DNA of 64,000 nucleotides from an uncultured Candidatus Bathyarchaeia archaeon (GTDB lineage: Archaea > Thermoproteota > Bathyarchaeia > 40CM-2-53-6 > DTDX01). Where the stretch lies: the NCBI GenBank assembly GCA_964608455.1, contig CAZSNM010000001.1, positions 11,030-75,029 on the forward strand, read 5' to 3'. Below the pieces are notes generated by a model. It was given only the letters and a program-made list of their open reading frames with translations. It was not told where the DNA came from and did not search any database. Below, piece by piece: positions 48,605 through 59,808 of the stretch (its first letter is position 1; every line of letters begins with the position of its first letter). A program made the position numbers and the translations under genes.

Positions 48605-50257
48605 TTAGTTAAGAATAGCTCCTGTATCTGTTGATGAAACAAGTTTAACATATTTCTTTAAATAGCCTTTAAGAATGGGTTTTTCCGGAGGCTTAACATT
48701 TTTTAAGCGTGATGTTAATTCATCATTTGTTAATTCAACTTCAATAATTCTTTTGGAGACATCAATTTTTATTAAATCTCCATTTTTAATAGCTGCTATA
48801 GGGCCTTTTTCAGCTGCTTCTGGAGAAACATGCCCTATGCATAATCCTCTTGTTCCACCTGAAAATCTTCCATCAGTAATAAGAGCAACAGATTCTCCTA
48901 AACCCATTCCTGAAATTGCTGATGTTGGAGCAAGCATTTCTTTCATTCCGGGACCGCCTTTAGGTCCTTCATATCTAATTATTATAGCATCTCCCTTTTC
49001 TATTTCATTGTTAAAAATAGCTTTTATACATTCCTCTTCAGAATTAAAAACTTTAGCTTCCCCCTTAAATGTTAATGTTCTATTTGAAAGCCCAGCAGTT
49101 TTAAGAACACAACCTTTTGGAGCTAAATTCCCCCATAAAATAGCAAGTCCCCCCTCATTAGCTATAGGGTTATTTATTGAGTGAATAACGTTTCTATCTA
49201 AGTTTCTAGCTTCCTTTATGTTTTCAATTAAGGTTTTTCCAGTTACAGTTTTTACGTTTAAATGAAGTTTTTCTTTTAATTCAAGCATTAAAGCAGGTAT
49301 TCCACCAGCATTATTTAAATCCTCCATGTCATGTGGTCCTCCAGGCATCATAGCACATAATTGAGGAGTTTTTTTATTTAATTCATCAAATAGCGATAGC
49401 TCTATTGTTAAATTCAATTCTTTAGCTATAGCAGTTAAATGAAGAACTGTATTTGTTGAACCGCCTAAAGCTGCATCAACAATTATAGCATTTTCAAACG
49501 CTTCCTTATTCATTATATCTGATGGCTTTAAATTTTCATGAATCATTTCTACAATTCTTTCTCCTGATTTCTCTGCAATCCTTAATTTAGCAGAGTTAAC
49601 AGCAGGAGTTGTGCTGCAATAAGGTAAACTCATTCCTAAAGCTTCAGTAAGACAAGCCATAGTGTTTGCAGTGAACATTCCATTGCATGAACCGCATGTT
49701 GGACATGCAATTTCCTCAATTTCATTAAGTTCTTCTAAAGTTATTTCTCCAGAGTTAACCTTTCCTAAAGCTTCAAAAACAGAAATTAAACCAATTTTTT
49801 TTCCTTTATAAATTCCTGAAAGCATTGGTCCTCCAGTTACTACTATTGATGGTATATTGAGTCTAGCTGCAGCCATAAGCATTCCAGGGGTAATTTTATC
49901 ACAATTTGAAATTAAAACTAAACCATCTAATTGATGAGCTTGAACCATTATTTCTATTGAATCGGCTATTAAATCTCTTGATGGAAGAGAATAACGCATT
50001 CCTTCATGACCCATAGCTAATCCATCGCAAACAGCTATTGTATTAAACTCAAATGGTACTCCTCCAGCTGCGGCTATACCAATTTTAACTCTTTCAACTA
50101 TAGTGTTTAAATGGGTATGCCCTGGAACTAAAGATGTAAAACTATTTGCTATACCTATAAAAGGCTTATTCATTTCTTCATTTGTTAAACCTAAAGCTTT
50201 AAGCAAAGCTCTTTGAGGGGCTTTTTGAAAACCCATTTTAATTGCATTGCTCCTCAT
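48605..50257 (-). CDS. ilvD: Dihydroxy-acid dehydratase
   Basis: Fe-S ligand context [15 protein letters not shown]; the 550-aa protein matches IlvD/EDD along its length. Confidence 0.95.
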   Translation of the reverse strand: MRSNAIKMGFQKAPQRALLKALGLTNEEMNKPFIGIANSFTSLVPGHTHLNTIVERVKIGIAAAGGVPFEFNTIAVCDGLAMGHEGMRYSLPSRDLIADSIEIMVQAHQLDGLVLISNCDKITPGMLMAAARLNIPSIVVTGGPMLSGIYKGKKIGLISVFEALGKVNSGEITLEELNEIEEIACPTCGSCNGMFTANTMACLTEALGMSLPYCSTTPAVNSAKLRIAEKSGERIVEMIHENLKPSDIMNKEAFENAIIVDAALGGSTNTVLHLTAIAKELNLTIELSLFDELNKKTPQLCAMMPGGPHDMEDLNNAGGIPALMLELKEKLHLNVKTVTGKTLIENIKEARNLDRNVIHSINNPIANEGGLAILWGNLAPKGCVLKTAGLSNRTLTFKGEAKVFNSEEECIKAIFNNEIEKGDAIIIRYEGPKGGPGMKEMLAPTSAISGMGLGESVALITDGRFSGGTRGLCIGHVSPEAAEKGPIAAIKNGDLIKIDVSKRIIEVELTNDELTSRLKNVKPPEKPILKGYLKKYVKLVSSTDTGAILN

Positions 50258-50325
50258 GTCTTTAACTCTCCCAACTTTTAAAAGCGTAAAATTTATATTT
50301 GGAAACCTTATTAATGTTAAGTTTT

Positions 50326-50463
50326 GATGGGGCTTGAATAAAAACCTTACAGTTTTTACCCAGCTACTTTTAGGTAAAAATGGAAAGGTAGCCCCATCGC
50401 TTGTAACCGTAGTAATTCTTAAATAAGCGCCTTAAGCATTTTATTTTCTTCTTAAGGCGCTTA
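50326..50463 (+). promoter_or_regulatory. ilvD/ilvB divergent leader containing two strong inverted-repeat structures
   Basis: Structure 1 (50326-50398) is nested: GATGGGGCT/AGCCCCATC, then ACCTT/AAGGT, then TTTTTACC/GGTAAAAA. Structure 2 (50424-50463) is a 13-bp perfect palindrome, TAAGCGCCTTAAG-14nt-CTTAAGGCGCTTA, ending 14 nt before the GTG start of ilvB. Confidence 0.4.
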
Positions 50464-50476
50464 AAAAATTGTTTGG

Positions 50477-52201
50477 GTGAGATTATTGAGTAAAGTTTCA
50501 GGCGGTAAAGCTTTGCTTGAAGCTTTAAAAAGAGAGGGGGTAACAATAATATTTGGCATTCCAGGAGGAGCCATTCTCCCCATTTATGATGAGCTTTATG
50601 ACTTCGACATTAGACATGTTTTATGTCAGCATGAGCAATCAGCAGCTCATATGGCTGATGGATTTGCTAGAGTAAGCGGTAAACCTGGTGTATGCTTTGC
50701 AACCTCTGGTCCAGGAGCAACAAACTTAGTTACTGGTATAGCTAATGCTTACATGGATTCTTCTCCATTAATAGCTGTTACAGGACAAGTTCCTAAACCA
50801 ATGATTGGAAAAGATGCTTTTCAAGAAGTTGACATCATAGGGATAACAACTCCAATAACCAAATATAATTTTCAACCTAGAAGTGCTTCAGAAATACCTG
50901 AAATTGTTAAAAAAGCTTTTTTTATAGCTTCAACAGGTCGAAAAGGGCCTGTGCTTATTGACATTCCTAAGGATGTTCAAACAGAGGAATGTGAATTAAA
51001 GTTTCCAGAAAAAGTTACCATAAGAGGTTATAATCCATATAGAAAACCTTGTGAAAAACAAATAAATGCTGTTGTTGAGTTGCTTGCTTCAGCAGAGAAA
51101 CCTATGATTCTTGCTGGTGGTGGGGCAGCCTATCCTGAAGCTTCAGATTACATTTTAAAAATTAGCGAGCTTCTATTAGCGCCTGTTGTCACTTCATTAA
51201 TGGGTAAAGGAGTTTTTCCAGAGGATCATCCTCTATCACTTGGTTTACTTGGAATGCATGGAACATTAGCAGCTAACAAATTAGTTTCTGAAGCTGATGT
51301 TCTTCTTTCTGTTGGAACAAGATTTTCAGATAGAACAACTGGTAAAGTCGATGAATTTTGTAAAGAAACCAAAGTTATACATATAGATATTGATGAAGCT
51401 GAAATTTCAAAAAATAAAAAGGTTGATTTAGCTATTATAGCTGATGCAAGCGAAGCTTTAAAAGCAATTTATGAAGGTTTAATCGCCCGTTTAAATAAAA
51501 GAGAAGAAACAGCCTGGTTTAAAAGAGTTAAAGAATTTAAAGAAGTTTGGGAAGGATGGATATTTGAAGAGGAATCGAGCAAAGAATTAAAACCTATTCC
51601 CATCCTTAAAATCTTAAGAAAAATTTTACCAGTTGAATCTATACTTGTTACTGAAGTAGGCCAAAACCAAATGTGGAGCGCATTATATTTCAAAGTTTTT
51701 AAACCTAGAACATTTATAACATCAGGCGGTCTTGGTACGATGGGGTTTGGTTTACCAGCTTCTATAGGGGCCAAAGCAGCTAAATCTGACGTTCCAGTTG
51801 TTGATGTAGCTGGAGATGGAAGTTTTATGATGACTGAAAATGCACTTTCAGTTTCTGTTGCAGAAAACCTTCCAATAATAGCTGTAATAATAAATAATAG
51901 AGTTCTTGGAATGGTTGCTCAATGGCAAAGGCTATTTTATGGAAAACGTTATTCAGCAGTTAAACTTGATCGAGTGGATTTTGTTAAGTTAGCTGAAGCC
52001 TATGGGGCTCATGGAGTTAGAGTTCAAGATTTAAATGAATTTTCTAAAGCTTTAAAAGAAGCTTTAAAACTTGATGTAACTTCAGTAATTGATGTTCCAA
52101 TATCTCCAGAGGAAAATGTGCTTCCAATGGTTCCTCCAGGAAGTAGTTTAGAGAAAATATTGGGGGTTGAAAAATGGGATTGGGTAATGAAAAAGGGTTA
52201 A
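50477..52201 (+). CDS. ilvB: Acetolactate synthase large subunit
   Basis: ThDP-binding motif GDGSFMMTENALS...NN. Size is 574 aa. GTG start. Confidence 0.93.
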   Translation: MRLLSKVSGGKALLEALKREGVTIIFGIPGGAILPIYDELYDFDIRHVLCQHEQSAAHMADGFARVSGKPGVCFATSGPGATNLVTGIANAYMDSSPLIAVTGQVPKPMIGKDAFQEVDIIGITTPITKYNFQPRSASEIPEIVKKAFFIASTGRKGPVLIDIPKDVQTEECELKFPEKVTIRGYNPYRKPCEKQINAVVELLASAEKPMILAGGGAAYPEASDYILKISELLLAPVVTSLMGKGVFPEDHPLSLGLLGMHGTLAANKLVSEADVLLSVGTRFSDRTTGKVDEFCKETKVIHIDIDEAEISKNKKVDLAIIADASEALKAIYEGLIARLNKREETAWFKRVKEFKEVWEGWIFEEESSKELKPIPILKILRKILPVESILVTEVGQNQMWSALYFKVFKPRTFITSGGLGTMGFGLPASIGAKAAKSDVPVVDVAGDGSFMMTENALSVSVAENLPIIAVIINNRVLGMVAQWQRLFYGKRYSAVKLDRVDFVKLAEAYGAHGVRVQDLNEFSKALKEALKLDVTSVIDVPISPEENVLPMVPPGSSLEKILGVEKWDWVMKKG

Positions 52202-52704
52202 TTTTAATTTCAGCTATAGTAGAGCATAAACCAGGAGTTCTTCATAGAATTTCAAACATGTTTAGAAGAAGAGATTTTAACATTGAAAGTATAAGTGTTG
52301 GTGTAACAGAATTTAATGATTTGGCAAGAATGACCATAACTGTTAAAGGAGATGAAAGAACAGCTGATCAAGTTGTTAAACAAATGGGTAAATTAATTGA
52401 TGTTATTTGCGTGGACGTTTTAGATTGGAACAATTCTGTTCAAAGAGAGTTGGCGCTTATAAAGTTAAAGGCTGAAACACATGAGAAACGATCCGAAATA
52501 ATGGATTACGCCTCAGTATTTAGGGGAAGGATAATTGATGTAGCAAGAGATTCTTTAATAGTTGAAGTTACTGGAGATTCTGAAAAAATTAATGCCTTTA
52601 TAAATTTAACCAAACCCTTTGGAATCATTGAAGTTGCCAGAACAGGCATAACAGCTTTATCTAGAGGCTCTTCCTCCTTAAGTGAAGCTAAACGAAAAAC
52701 TTAA
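52174..52704 (+). CDS. ilvN: Acetolactate synthase small (regulatory) subunit
   Basis: ACT domain start [34 protein letters not shown]. Overlaps the ilvB 3' end. Confidence 0.85.
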   Translation: MGLGNEKGLILISAIVEHKPGVLHRISNMFRRRDFNIESISVGVTEFNDLARMTITVKGDERTADQVVKQMGKLIDVICVDVLDWNNSVQRELALIKLKAETHEKRSEIMDYASVFRGRIIDVARDSLIVEVTGDSEKINAFINLTKPFGIIEVARTGITALSRGSSSLSEAKRKT

Positions 52705-52748
52705 AGGAAAGAGCTTTAAAATCAAATAATAAAGGGGGAATTCAAATC

Positions 52749-53738
52749 TTGGTGAAAATATATTTTGATAAAGATGCAGATTTAAAGTATTTAGAAGGAA
52801 AAACCATTGCTGTAATAGGTTATGGAATTCAAGGAAGAGCTCAAGCATTAAACTTAAGGGATTCAAAAGTAAATGTTATAGTTGGACTTAGACCTGAAGG
52901 AAATAGCTGGAGACTAGCTGAAAAAGATGGTTTTAAACCTTTCACTATTCAAGAAGCAGCTGAAAAAGGAGATATAATTCATATGTTAATTCCAGATATG
53001 GCTCAACCATCAATTTATAATGAGTATATAGCTAAACACTTAAGAAAAGGTAAAGTTTTAGGTTTTTCACATGGCTTTAACATTCACTATAAACAAATAA
53101 TTCCTCCTCCAGATGTTGATGTAATAATGGTGGCTCCAAAAAGTCCTGGAGCTAGACTTAGGGAAATGTATCTTCAAGGTTTTGGTGTTCCAGCTTTGCT
53201 TGCTGTAGCTCAAGATGTTAGCGGAAAAGCTAAGCATATTGGGTTAGCTATAGCTAAAGCTTTAGGGTGTACAAAAGCTGGAGTTATTGAAACAACCTTT
53301 AAAGATGAAACTGAGAGTGATTTAATAGGAGAGCAAACAGTTTTGGTAGGTGGATTAATGGAGCTAATTAAAAAAGGATTTGAAGTTTTAGTTGAAGCGG
53401 GCTATCCGCCTGAACTTTCATATTTTGAAGCTTGTAACGAAGCTAAATTAATTATGGACCTTATTTATGAAAAAGGATTAATTGGAATGCTTAGGGGAGT
53501 ATCTGAAACAGCAAGATTTGGTGGATTATCTATTGGGCCAAAAGTTATAGATGAACATGTAAAAGAAAATATGAGGAAAGTTGTTAAAGATGTTCAAAGT
53601 GGAAAATTTGCTGAAGAATGGATAAAAATATCAAAGGAAAAACCCCAGCTTCTTGAAGAAAAAATTTCATTAATTGAAAACCATGAGTTGGAGCAGGTTG
53701 GAAAAAAAATAAGAAAAATGTCTGGAATAGAAAAATAG
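52749..53738 (+). CDS. ilvC: Ketol-acid reductoisomerase
   Basis: NADPH-binding [20 protein letters not shown]. Size is 329 aa. Confidence 0.93.
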   Translation: MVKIYFDKDADLKYLEGKTIAVIGYGIQGRAQALNLRDSKVNVIVGLRPEGNSWRLAEKDGFKPFTIQEAAEKGDIIHMLIPDMAQPSIYNEYIAKHLRKGKVLGFSHGFNIHYKQIIPPPDVDVIMVAPKSPGARLREMYLQGFGVPALLAVAQDVSGKAKHIGLAIAKALGCTKAGVIETTFKDETESDLIGEQTVLVGGLMELIKKGFEVLVEAGYPPELSYFEACNEAKLIMDLIYEKGLIGMLRGVSETARFGGLSIGPKVIDEHVKENMRKVVKDVQSGKFAEEWIKISKEKPQLLEEKISLIENHELEQVGKKIRKMSGIEK

Positions 53739-53760
53739 AAGATTTTTAAAGGTTTTTTAA

Positions 53761-55023
53761 ATGAATTTAACAGAGAAAATTTTAGCTAAAGCAGCAAACT
53801 TAAAAGAAGTCCATCCAGGTGAAATAATTAATGCTAAAATAGATTGCGCAATGGTGCATGATCTTACAGCCCCATTAACAATAGATGCTTTTAATGAAAT
53901 TGGCATAAAAAAAGTTTGGGATCCAAATAAAATAGTGGTTATTTTTGATCATTGTGTTCCAGCAAGCTCTGTTGAAGCTGCTGAACTTCATAAAAAAGTT
54001 AGAAATTTTGTGAAAACTCAAGGAATAAAAAACTTTTTTGATGTTGGCTACGGAGGGATTTGTCATCAAGTTATGGTTGAAAAAGGCTTTGTTAAACCTG
54101 GTGAAGTTATTGTAGGTGCCGATTCACATACATGTACATATGGTGCTTTAGGAGCCTTCGCTACAGGAATTGGATCAACAGATATGGCTTATGTTTTTGC
54201 TACTGGAGAGCTTTGGTTTAAAGTTCCAAAAGCAATTAAAATTCATGCTTCAGGAAAATTTCAGAAGTTTGTTACTCCAAAAGATTTAATTTTATATGTA
54301 ATTGGAAAACTTGGAGCTAATGGAGCAAATTATATGAGTTTAGAATTTACTGGACCAGTTATAAAAAATATGAGTATTGATGGTAGATTAACTATATGCA
54401 ACATGGTTGTTGAAGCTGGAGCTAAATCAGGTATTGTTCCACCTGATGAAAAAACTTTAGAATATATTAAGTTAAGAAGCAAAGGAAAATTTAATTTTCA
54501 AGAAAGCGATAAAAATGCTGTTTATGATAAAGTTTTAGAAGTTGATTGTGAAAAACTTCAACCAATGGTTGCTTGTCCAAATTCCGTTGATAATGTTAAA
54601 CCTATAAGTGAAATTTCTGAAGTGGAGGTAGATCAAGTTTTTATAGGTTCATGCACTAATGGACGAATTGAAGATTTAAGAATTGCAGCTCAAATCTTAA
54701 AAGGTAAAAAAATTAATAATAATGTTAGATTAATAGTTATTCCAGCTTCTCAAGAGATTTACTTGCAAAGTTTAAAGGAGGGATTACTTGAAATTTTAGT
54801 TAAGGCTGGTGCAGTTATAGGGAATCCAAATTGTGGACCATGCTTAGGCGGTCATATGGGTTTACTTGCTTCTGGAGAAGTTTGTGTAAGTACATCAAAT
54901 AGAAACTTTATTGGGAGAATGGGGAGCTCTTCAGCTAAGATATATTTAGCTTCTCCGGCTACGGCTGCTGCATCAGCTATTTATGGAAAAATTGTTGATC
55001 CAAGAGTGTTTGGAGAGAATTGA
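53761..55023 (+). CDS. leuC: 3-isopropylmalate dehydratase large subunit (aconitase family; could also serve homoaconitase/citramalate isomerase roles)
   Basis: Aconitase-family Cys ligands (GSCTNGR; NCGPCLG). Size is 420 aa. Confidence 0.88.
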   Translation: MNLTEKILAKAANLKEVHPGEIINAKIDCAMVHDLTAPLTIDAFNEIGIKKVWDPNKIVVIFDHCVPASSVEAAELHKKVRNFVKTQGIKNFFDVGYGGICHQVMVEKGFVKPGEVIVGADSHTCTYGALGAFATGIGSTDMAYVFATGELWFKVPKAIKIHASGKFQKFVTPKDLILYVIGKLGANGANYMSLEFTGPVIKNMSIDGRLTICNMVVEAGAKSGIVPPDEKTLEYIKLRSKGKFNFQESDKNAVYDKVLEVDCEKLQPMVACPNSVDNVKPISEISEVEVDQVFIGSCTNGRIEDLRIAAQILKGKKINNNVRLIVIPASQEIYLQSLKEGLLEILVKAGAVIGNPNCGPCLGGHMGLLASGEVCVSTSNRNFIGRMGSSSAKIYLASPATAAASAIYGKIVDPRVFGEN

Positions 55024-55026
55024 AAA

Positions 55027-55518
55027 ATGAAAGTTTTAGGTAAAGTTTTAAAGTTTGGAGACAATATTGATACTGATGTTATTCTTCCAGGAAAATATCT
55101 AGTGCTTACCGATCCTAAAGAATTAGCTAAGCATGCTATGGAAGGTTTAGATAAGGAATTTTCAAAAAAAGCTGAGAAAGGAGTAATAATAGTTGCTGGA
55201 GAAAACTTTGGATGTGGTTCAAGTCGAGAACATGCTCCTATAGCTTTAAAAAACGCTGGAGTAAAAGCTATAATTGCTAAATCTTTTGCAAGAATATTTT
55301 ATAGAAACGCTATAAATATAGGTTTACCCGTTTTAGAATGTAAGGAAGCATTTGAAAAAATTGAAGAAAATGATGAAGTATTAATAGATTTAAGTAATGG
55401 GGAAATAATTGATAAAACCAAAAACTTGACTTTAAAATTTATTCCGCTCCCTTCATTTCTTTTGGATATTTTAAATCAAGGAGGATTAATTAAAAAACTT
55501 AAAAATTCTTTAAAGTAA
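55027..55518 (+). CDS. leuD: 3-isopropylmalate dehydratase small subunit
   Basis: [14 protein letters not shown] matches the aconitase swivel domain signature. Size is 163 aa. Confidence 0.88.
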   Translation: MKVLGKVLKFGDNIDTDVILPGKYLVLTDPKELAKHAMEGLDKEFSKKAEKGVIIVAGENFGCGSSREHAPIALKNAGVKAIIAKSFARIFYRNAINIGLPVLECKEAFEKIEENDEVLIDLSNGEIIDKTKNLTLKFIPLPSFLLDILNQGGLIKKLKNSLK

Positions 55519-55524
55519 AGTTCT

Positions 55525-57144
55525 TTATGAATCTAATTTTTTACCTAGAATCTTATAGAGATAATATATATATCCATCCACTAAAGCTTCTTCACTAGCC
55601 TTAAGAATATTTGATGAAACACCTATTGTAGACCATCTTTCATCATTTGCTTTAAACTCTATAAATACTTGAACGGTTGCAGCTGTACCTTTTTCAACAT
55701 CTATTTCTTTAACTCTATATCCAATTAATGAAACATTTGAGATTTCTGGATACTGCTTTTTTAAAGCTTTTCTTAAAGCTATATCAAATGCATTAACTGG
55801 ACCGTTTCCTTCAGCAGCAGTAATAATTATGTTATTACCTACTTTTAATTTAACTATGCTTTCAGCTGAAATTGAATTATTTTGATTTAATACAAAAGCT
55901 CTCCAACCTGATAAATTAAAATAGTTTAAGTTTACTCCAAGTTCTCTAGCGAAAACTAAAGCTAAGCTAGCTTCAGCATTTTCAAAATGGTAACCCATGC
56001 TTTCCATAGCTTTTATTTTTTCAAGAAGTTTCTTAGCTTCAGGTGAATCTTTACTTAAATTAAAGCCAAACTCTTGAGCTTTAAAAACTAAATTTGATAA
56101 ACCTGCCTGAGAAGAAACAGTTATTTCTCTTTTATTTCCAACTTTAGAAGGATCAAACGCTTCATATGTTTCAGAACATTTGATAACGGCATCACCATGA
56201 ATACCTCCTTTATGAGTAAAAGCAAATTTCCCAACAAAAGGTTGATAATAATCTCTTGGAATGTTAGCTATTTCATAAACGTAATTTGAAACTTCTGTAA
56301 GCTTTTCTAATAATACGCCAGTTTTAACTCCATAACTTAACTCTAAATTACCGATGATTTCAATTAAATCTGCATTACCGCATCTTTCTCCTAAACCATT
56401 AATTGTTCCTTGAATTTGGATTGCTCCAGCTTCTAAGGCAAATAAACTATTTGCTGTAGCTAATCCCCTATCATTATGTGCATGAATACCTAACTCAGCT
56501 TGAACTTTTTCTTTAACATTTCTTGTTATTTCATAAACTTCTTTTGGAAGAGATGCCCCTCTAGTATCACATAAAATTAATTTTGTTGCTCCAGCTTCTA
56601 AAGCAGTTTTCAAAACTTTTAAAGAGTATTCTTTATTTTCTTTAAATCCATCATAAAAATGTTCAGCATCAAAAAATACTTCATAGCCATGGTTTTTTAA
56701 ATAATTTATTGATTTAAAAATCATTCTAAGATTTTCCTCAAAAGTTGTGTTTAAAACGGTAGTTACATGAAAACTCCAAGCTTTACCCATCAAAGTTATT
56801 AAATCAGGTTCAACTTCAATTAATAAGTTTAAATTTTTATCTTCTTCAGGTTCTGTATTTGGTTTAATAGTCATTCCGAAAGCTGCTATTTTACTCTTTA
56901 AGTTTTCTTTTTTAATTTTTTTAAAGAATTCTATTTCAGCCTTATTTGTAGTGTTAGGCCAACCCCCCTCAATATAGTGAATTCCAAAATCGCTAAGTTT
57001 TTTAGCTATTTTTATTTTATCATTAACTGAAAAATTAACTTCTACAGCTTGGTTTCCATCTCTTAAGGTTGTATCATAGAGCTCTATTTTTGTGAAAGCA
57101 TTCTCGCTTAAAAAAGGTTTATTTAAGGAGAATTTGGTGCTCAC
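55525..57144 (-). CDS. 2-isopropylmalate synthase / (R)-citramalate synthase family enzyme (LeuA/CimA) with C-terminal regulatory domain
   Basis: DTTLRDGNQA substrate-binding motif plus a C-terminal LeuA dimerisation/allosteric domain. Size is 539 aa. Confidence 0.88.
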   Translation of the reverse strand: MSTKFSLNKPFLSENAFTKIELYDTTLRDGNQAVEVNFSVNDKIKIAKKLSDFGIHYIEGGWPNTTNKAEIEFFKKIKKENLKSKIAAFGMTIKPNTEPEEDKNLNLLIEVEPDLITLMGKAWSFHVTTVLNTTFEENLRMIFKSINYLKNHGYEVFFDAEHFYDGFKENKEYSLKVLKTALEAGATKLILCDTRGASLPKEVYEITRNVKEKVQAELGIHAHNDRGLATANSLFALEAGAIQIQGTINGLGERCGNADLIEIIGNLELSYGVKTGVLLEKLTEVSNYVYEIANIPRDYYQPFVGKFAFTHKGGIHGDAVIKCSETYEAFDPSKVGNKREITVSSQAGLSNLVFKAQEFGFNLSKDSPEAKKLLEKIKAMESMGYHFENAEASLALVFARELGVNLNYFNLSGWRAFVLNQNNSISAESIVKLKVGNNIIITAAEGNGPVNAFDIALRKALKKQYPEISNVSLIGYRVKEIDVEKGTAATVQVFIEFKANDERWSTIGVSSNILKASEEALVDGYIYYLYKILGKKLDS

Positions 57145-57283
57145 CCATTTTCTTACACCTGCTTAAAAATATATTTAATTCTTTAAGCTTCTTTAATAAA
57201 AACTTTTCTTTAAATTAACGAAAAATTTTATATTCTTTATTATATTAACTTCCTTTAAAAAACCCTTAAAGAGTTGAAAAACA

Positions 57284-58198
57284 ATGAAGATTCAGCCTGT
57301 TGAATATGTTTGGATGGATGGAAAATTTGTGAAATGGGATGAAGCCAAAGTTCATGTAATGACTCATGCATTACATTATGGAACGGGAGTTTTTGAGGGA
57401 ATTAGAGCCTATCCATCAAATGGAAATTTATATGTATTTAGGCTTAAAGACCATATTGAAAGATTAATTAATTCAGCAAAAATCTATATGATGGATGTAA
57501 ATTATACCGTTGAAGAATTAACTGAAATAATTTTAGAGCTTTTAAGAATAAATAAACTTAAAGAACTATGTTATATTAGACCAATAGTTTTTAAAGGTTT
57601 AGGAGAATTTGGATTAAATCCATTTGGTTCACCAACGCAAATAGCTATATGCGCTTTTCCAGTAGGTGCCTATTTAGAAAAGGGTGGAGTAAGCGTTTGC
57701 ACTTCAAGTTGGCGTAGAACCCCAGATGTATCTATGCCTTCAGCAGCAAAAGCTTGTGGAAGCTATTTAAATTCTGTTTTAGCTAAAATAGAAGCTGTTC
57801 AAAATGGTTATGATGAAGCCATCTTTATAGATATTAATGGTTATTTAAGCGAGGGGGCTGGAGAAAACATTTTTATAGTTAAAAAAGGCGTTATATATAC
57901 GCCTCCAGTTTCCTCATCAATTTTAGAAGGAATAACTAGAGATTCAGTAATTAAAATAATTTCAGAGTTGGGCTATTCATTTTTTGAAAGACCAATTTTA
58001 AGATCTGAATTATATGTATGCGATGAAGCTTTCTTTACAGGAACCGCTGCAGAAATAACTCCAATATTAAAAGTTGATAATAGAATTGTTGGAAATGGAA
58101 AACCAGGAAAAATAACAAATGAAATTAAAAACTTCTTCTTTGAAATAATTTCTTGCAAAAAACCAAAGTATCAGCATTGGTTAACCAAGGTTTACTAG
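57284..58198 (+). CDS. ilvE: Branched-chain amino-acid aminotransferase
   Basis: PLP fold type IV pattern (EGAGENIF..., ...TGTAAEITP). Size is 304 aa. Confidence 0.9.
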   Translation: MKIQPVEYVWMDGKFVKWDEAKVHVMTHALHYGTGVFEGIRAYPSNGNLYVFRLKDHIERLINSAKIYMMDVNYTVEELTEIILELLRINKLKELCYIRPIVFKGLGEFGLNPFGSPTQIAICAFPVGAYLEKGGVSVCTSSWRRTPDVSMPSAAKACGSYLNSVLAKIEAVQNGYDEAIFIDINGYLSEGAGENIFIVKKGVIYTPPVSSSILEGITRDSVIKIISELGYSFFERPILRSELYVCDEAFFTGTAAEITPILKVDNRIVGNGKPGKITNEIKNFFFEIISCKKPKYQHWLTKVY

Positions 58199-58209
58199 AA
58201 TGTTGTCAA

Positions 58210-59262
58210 TTATACTTCTATAAGCTTATAGTTTGCATTTCCTAAACCTATTTCTTCTGCTGTTTTAATCATGATTTCCGGATCTACCTTATGTAAATTT
58301 AAAAATATATTTTGATTATTACAACTTTCTTTTATTAAATCGATAGAGGCTTTATCTATTGCTACAATATCTTTAGAACCTAAAATACCTATATCTGGAG
58401 CAAACTTTTTAGAAGCATTTGGAACACAATCACATAGTTCAGTTATATCTATCAAAAAGTTTATAAAAGCTGATTTTCCCTTAAATTTTTTTAATACAGC
58501 TGCAGCTGCTTCAGCTAATCTAATTAATACTTCCTCTTTACCATGTTCTGGTGGAGAAACAGCTTCAAAAGGACAAACTATAAAACAATCTAAGCATCCA
58601 ACGCACTTTTCATAATTTATATTTGCTAAACCATTAATTAATTTTATAGCATTCCATCTGCATTGTTTTTCGCAAGTTCCACATCCAACGCATTTTTCTA
58701 TATTAACTTTTGGTTGGCTAACTTTATGAATTAAAATTTTCCCTTTTTGTGATAAACAACCCATTCCAACATTTTTTATGCTCCCTCCAAAACCGCATAG
58801 TCTATGGCCTTTACCATGAGAAACAACTATTAAACTATCAACAGCCATAAAAGTTGAAGCAACATACACTTTACTTAAATGTTTTCCATTGAAAGAAACT
58901 TCAACTTCGCTTTCTCCATTTAATCCATCAGCTATAATTATTGGGCATCCTATAAACTCTGGGGAGAAACCATTTAATAATGCTGTTTTTAAATACTCTA
59001 TAGCGTTTCCTCGACTTCTTCTATAAAGTGTTGAGGTATCAGTTAAAAATGGTTCTCCTCCAATGTTTTTTATAAAATCTACTATAGGCTTAATTAATGA
59101 AGGTTTAATAAATGTTCCTCCCCCTCTTTCACCCATATGAAGTTTTACAGCAACTAAATCTCCAGATTTAATGGTATTTGGAATGATTTTTTCGCATATA
59201 TTTATAATCATTTGATCCCATCTTAAATGCTTATTAAGGCTTGAAAAAAAGACTTGTGACAT
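58210..59262 (-). CDS. DUF362-like protein with two 4Fe-4S ferredoxin motifs
   Basis: CVGCGTCEKQC and CVGCLDCFIVCP are 2x CxxCxxCxxxCP-type clusters. Size is 350 aa. Confidence 0.65.
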   Translation of the reverse strand: MSQVFFSSLNKHLRWDQMIINICEKIIPNTIKSGDLVAVKLHMGERGGGTFIKPSLIKPIVDFIKNIGGEPFLTDTSTLYRRSRGNAIEYLKTALLNGFSPEFIGCPIIIADGLNGESEVEVSFNGKHLSKVYVASTFMAVDSLIVVSHGKGHRLCGFGGSIKNVGMGCLSQKGKILIHKVSQPKVNIEKCVGCGTCEKQCRWNAIKLINGLANINYEKCVGCLDCFIVCPFEAVSPPEHGKEEVLIRLAEAAAAVLKKFKGKSAFINFLIDITELCDCVPNASKKFAPDIGILGSKDIVAIDKASIDLIKESCNNQNIFLNLHKVDPEIMIKTAEEIGLGNANYKLIEV

Positions 59263-59289
59263 TGGTTTCCCTCTTTAAAATGATAAAGA

Positions 59290-59694
59290 TTAGGTGGCTG
59301 CTGTTAAAAGTTTTAATTGCTTTACGCCTCTAATACTCATTAATTTATCAGCTAAACCCTTAATTTCTTTAGCTAAACCTTTTAAAGCTATAAGCTCTAA
59401 ACAATTTCTTTCATCTAAATGTACATGCATTGTTGAAATTATTAATTCTCCATAGGTATGTTCTAACTCTGTGAGTATATCTGCGGTTCCCCTAACTTCA
59501 TGATCATAAATTAAAGCTATCACTCCTATAACTTTATCTTCGCTTTCTTCCCATTTATAATTTGATATATAAAGCCTCATCGCATCACAAATAGCTTTAG
59601 ATCTTTTTTTATAACCTTTAATCCTAATTATTTTATCGAATTCTTCAAGAAGATCCTTTGGAAAGGAAACTCCAGCTCTAATAATTTTCTTCAT
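59290..59694 (-). CDS. nikR: Nickel-responsive regulator NikR (RHH + C-terminal metal-binding domain)
   Basis: RHH N-terminus AGVSFPKDLLEEFDKII. C-terminal His/Cys cluster HVHLDERNC. Size is 134 aa. Confidence 0.85.
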   Translation of the reverse strand: MKKIIRAGVSFPKDLLEEFDKIIRIKGYKKRSKAICDAMRLYISNYKWEESEDKVIGVIALIYDHEVRGTADILTELEHTYGELIISTMHVHLDERNCLELIALKGLAKEIKGLADKLMSIRGVKQLKLLTAAT

Positions 59695-59808
59695 TAAATA
59701 ATTTTTATTATCAAAGCCTAATTAAATTTAACTGTTTTAAAATTAAACGATTTAGGTTTAGTAAATGGAAAACTTTAAATATAAGAATTTGTTACTTTTT
59801 TTAAAGAA

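Noticed and set aside
48675-49184. 169-aa plus-strand ORF inside ilvD
   Set aside because: Antisense to ilvD, Pro/Ser-rich and implausible.
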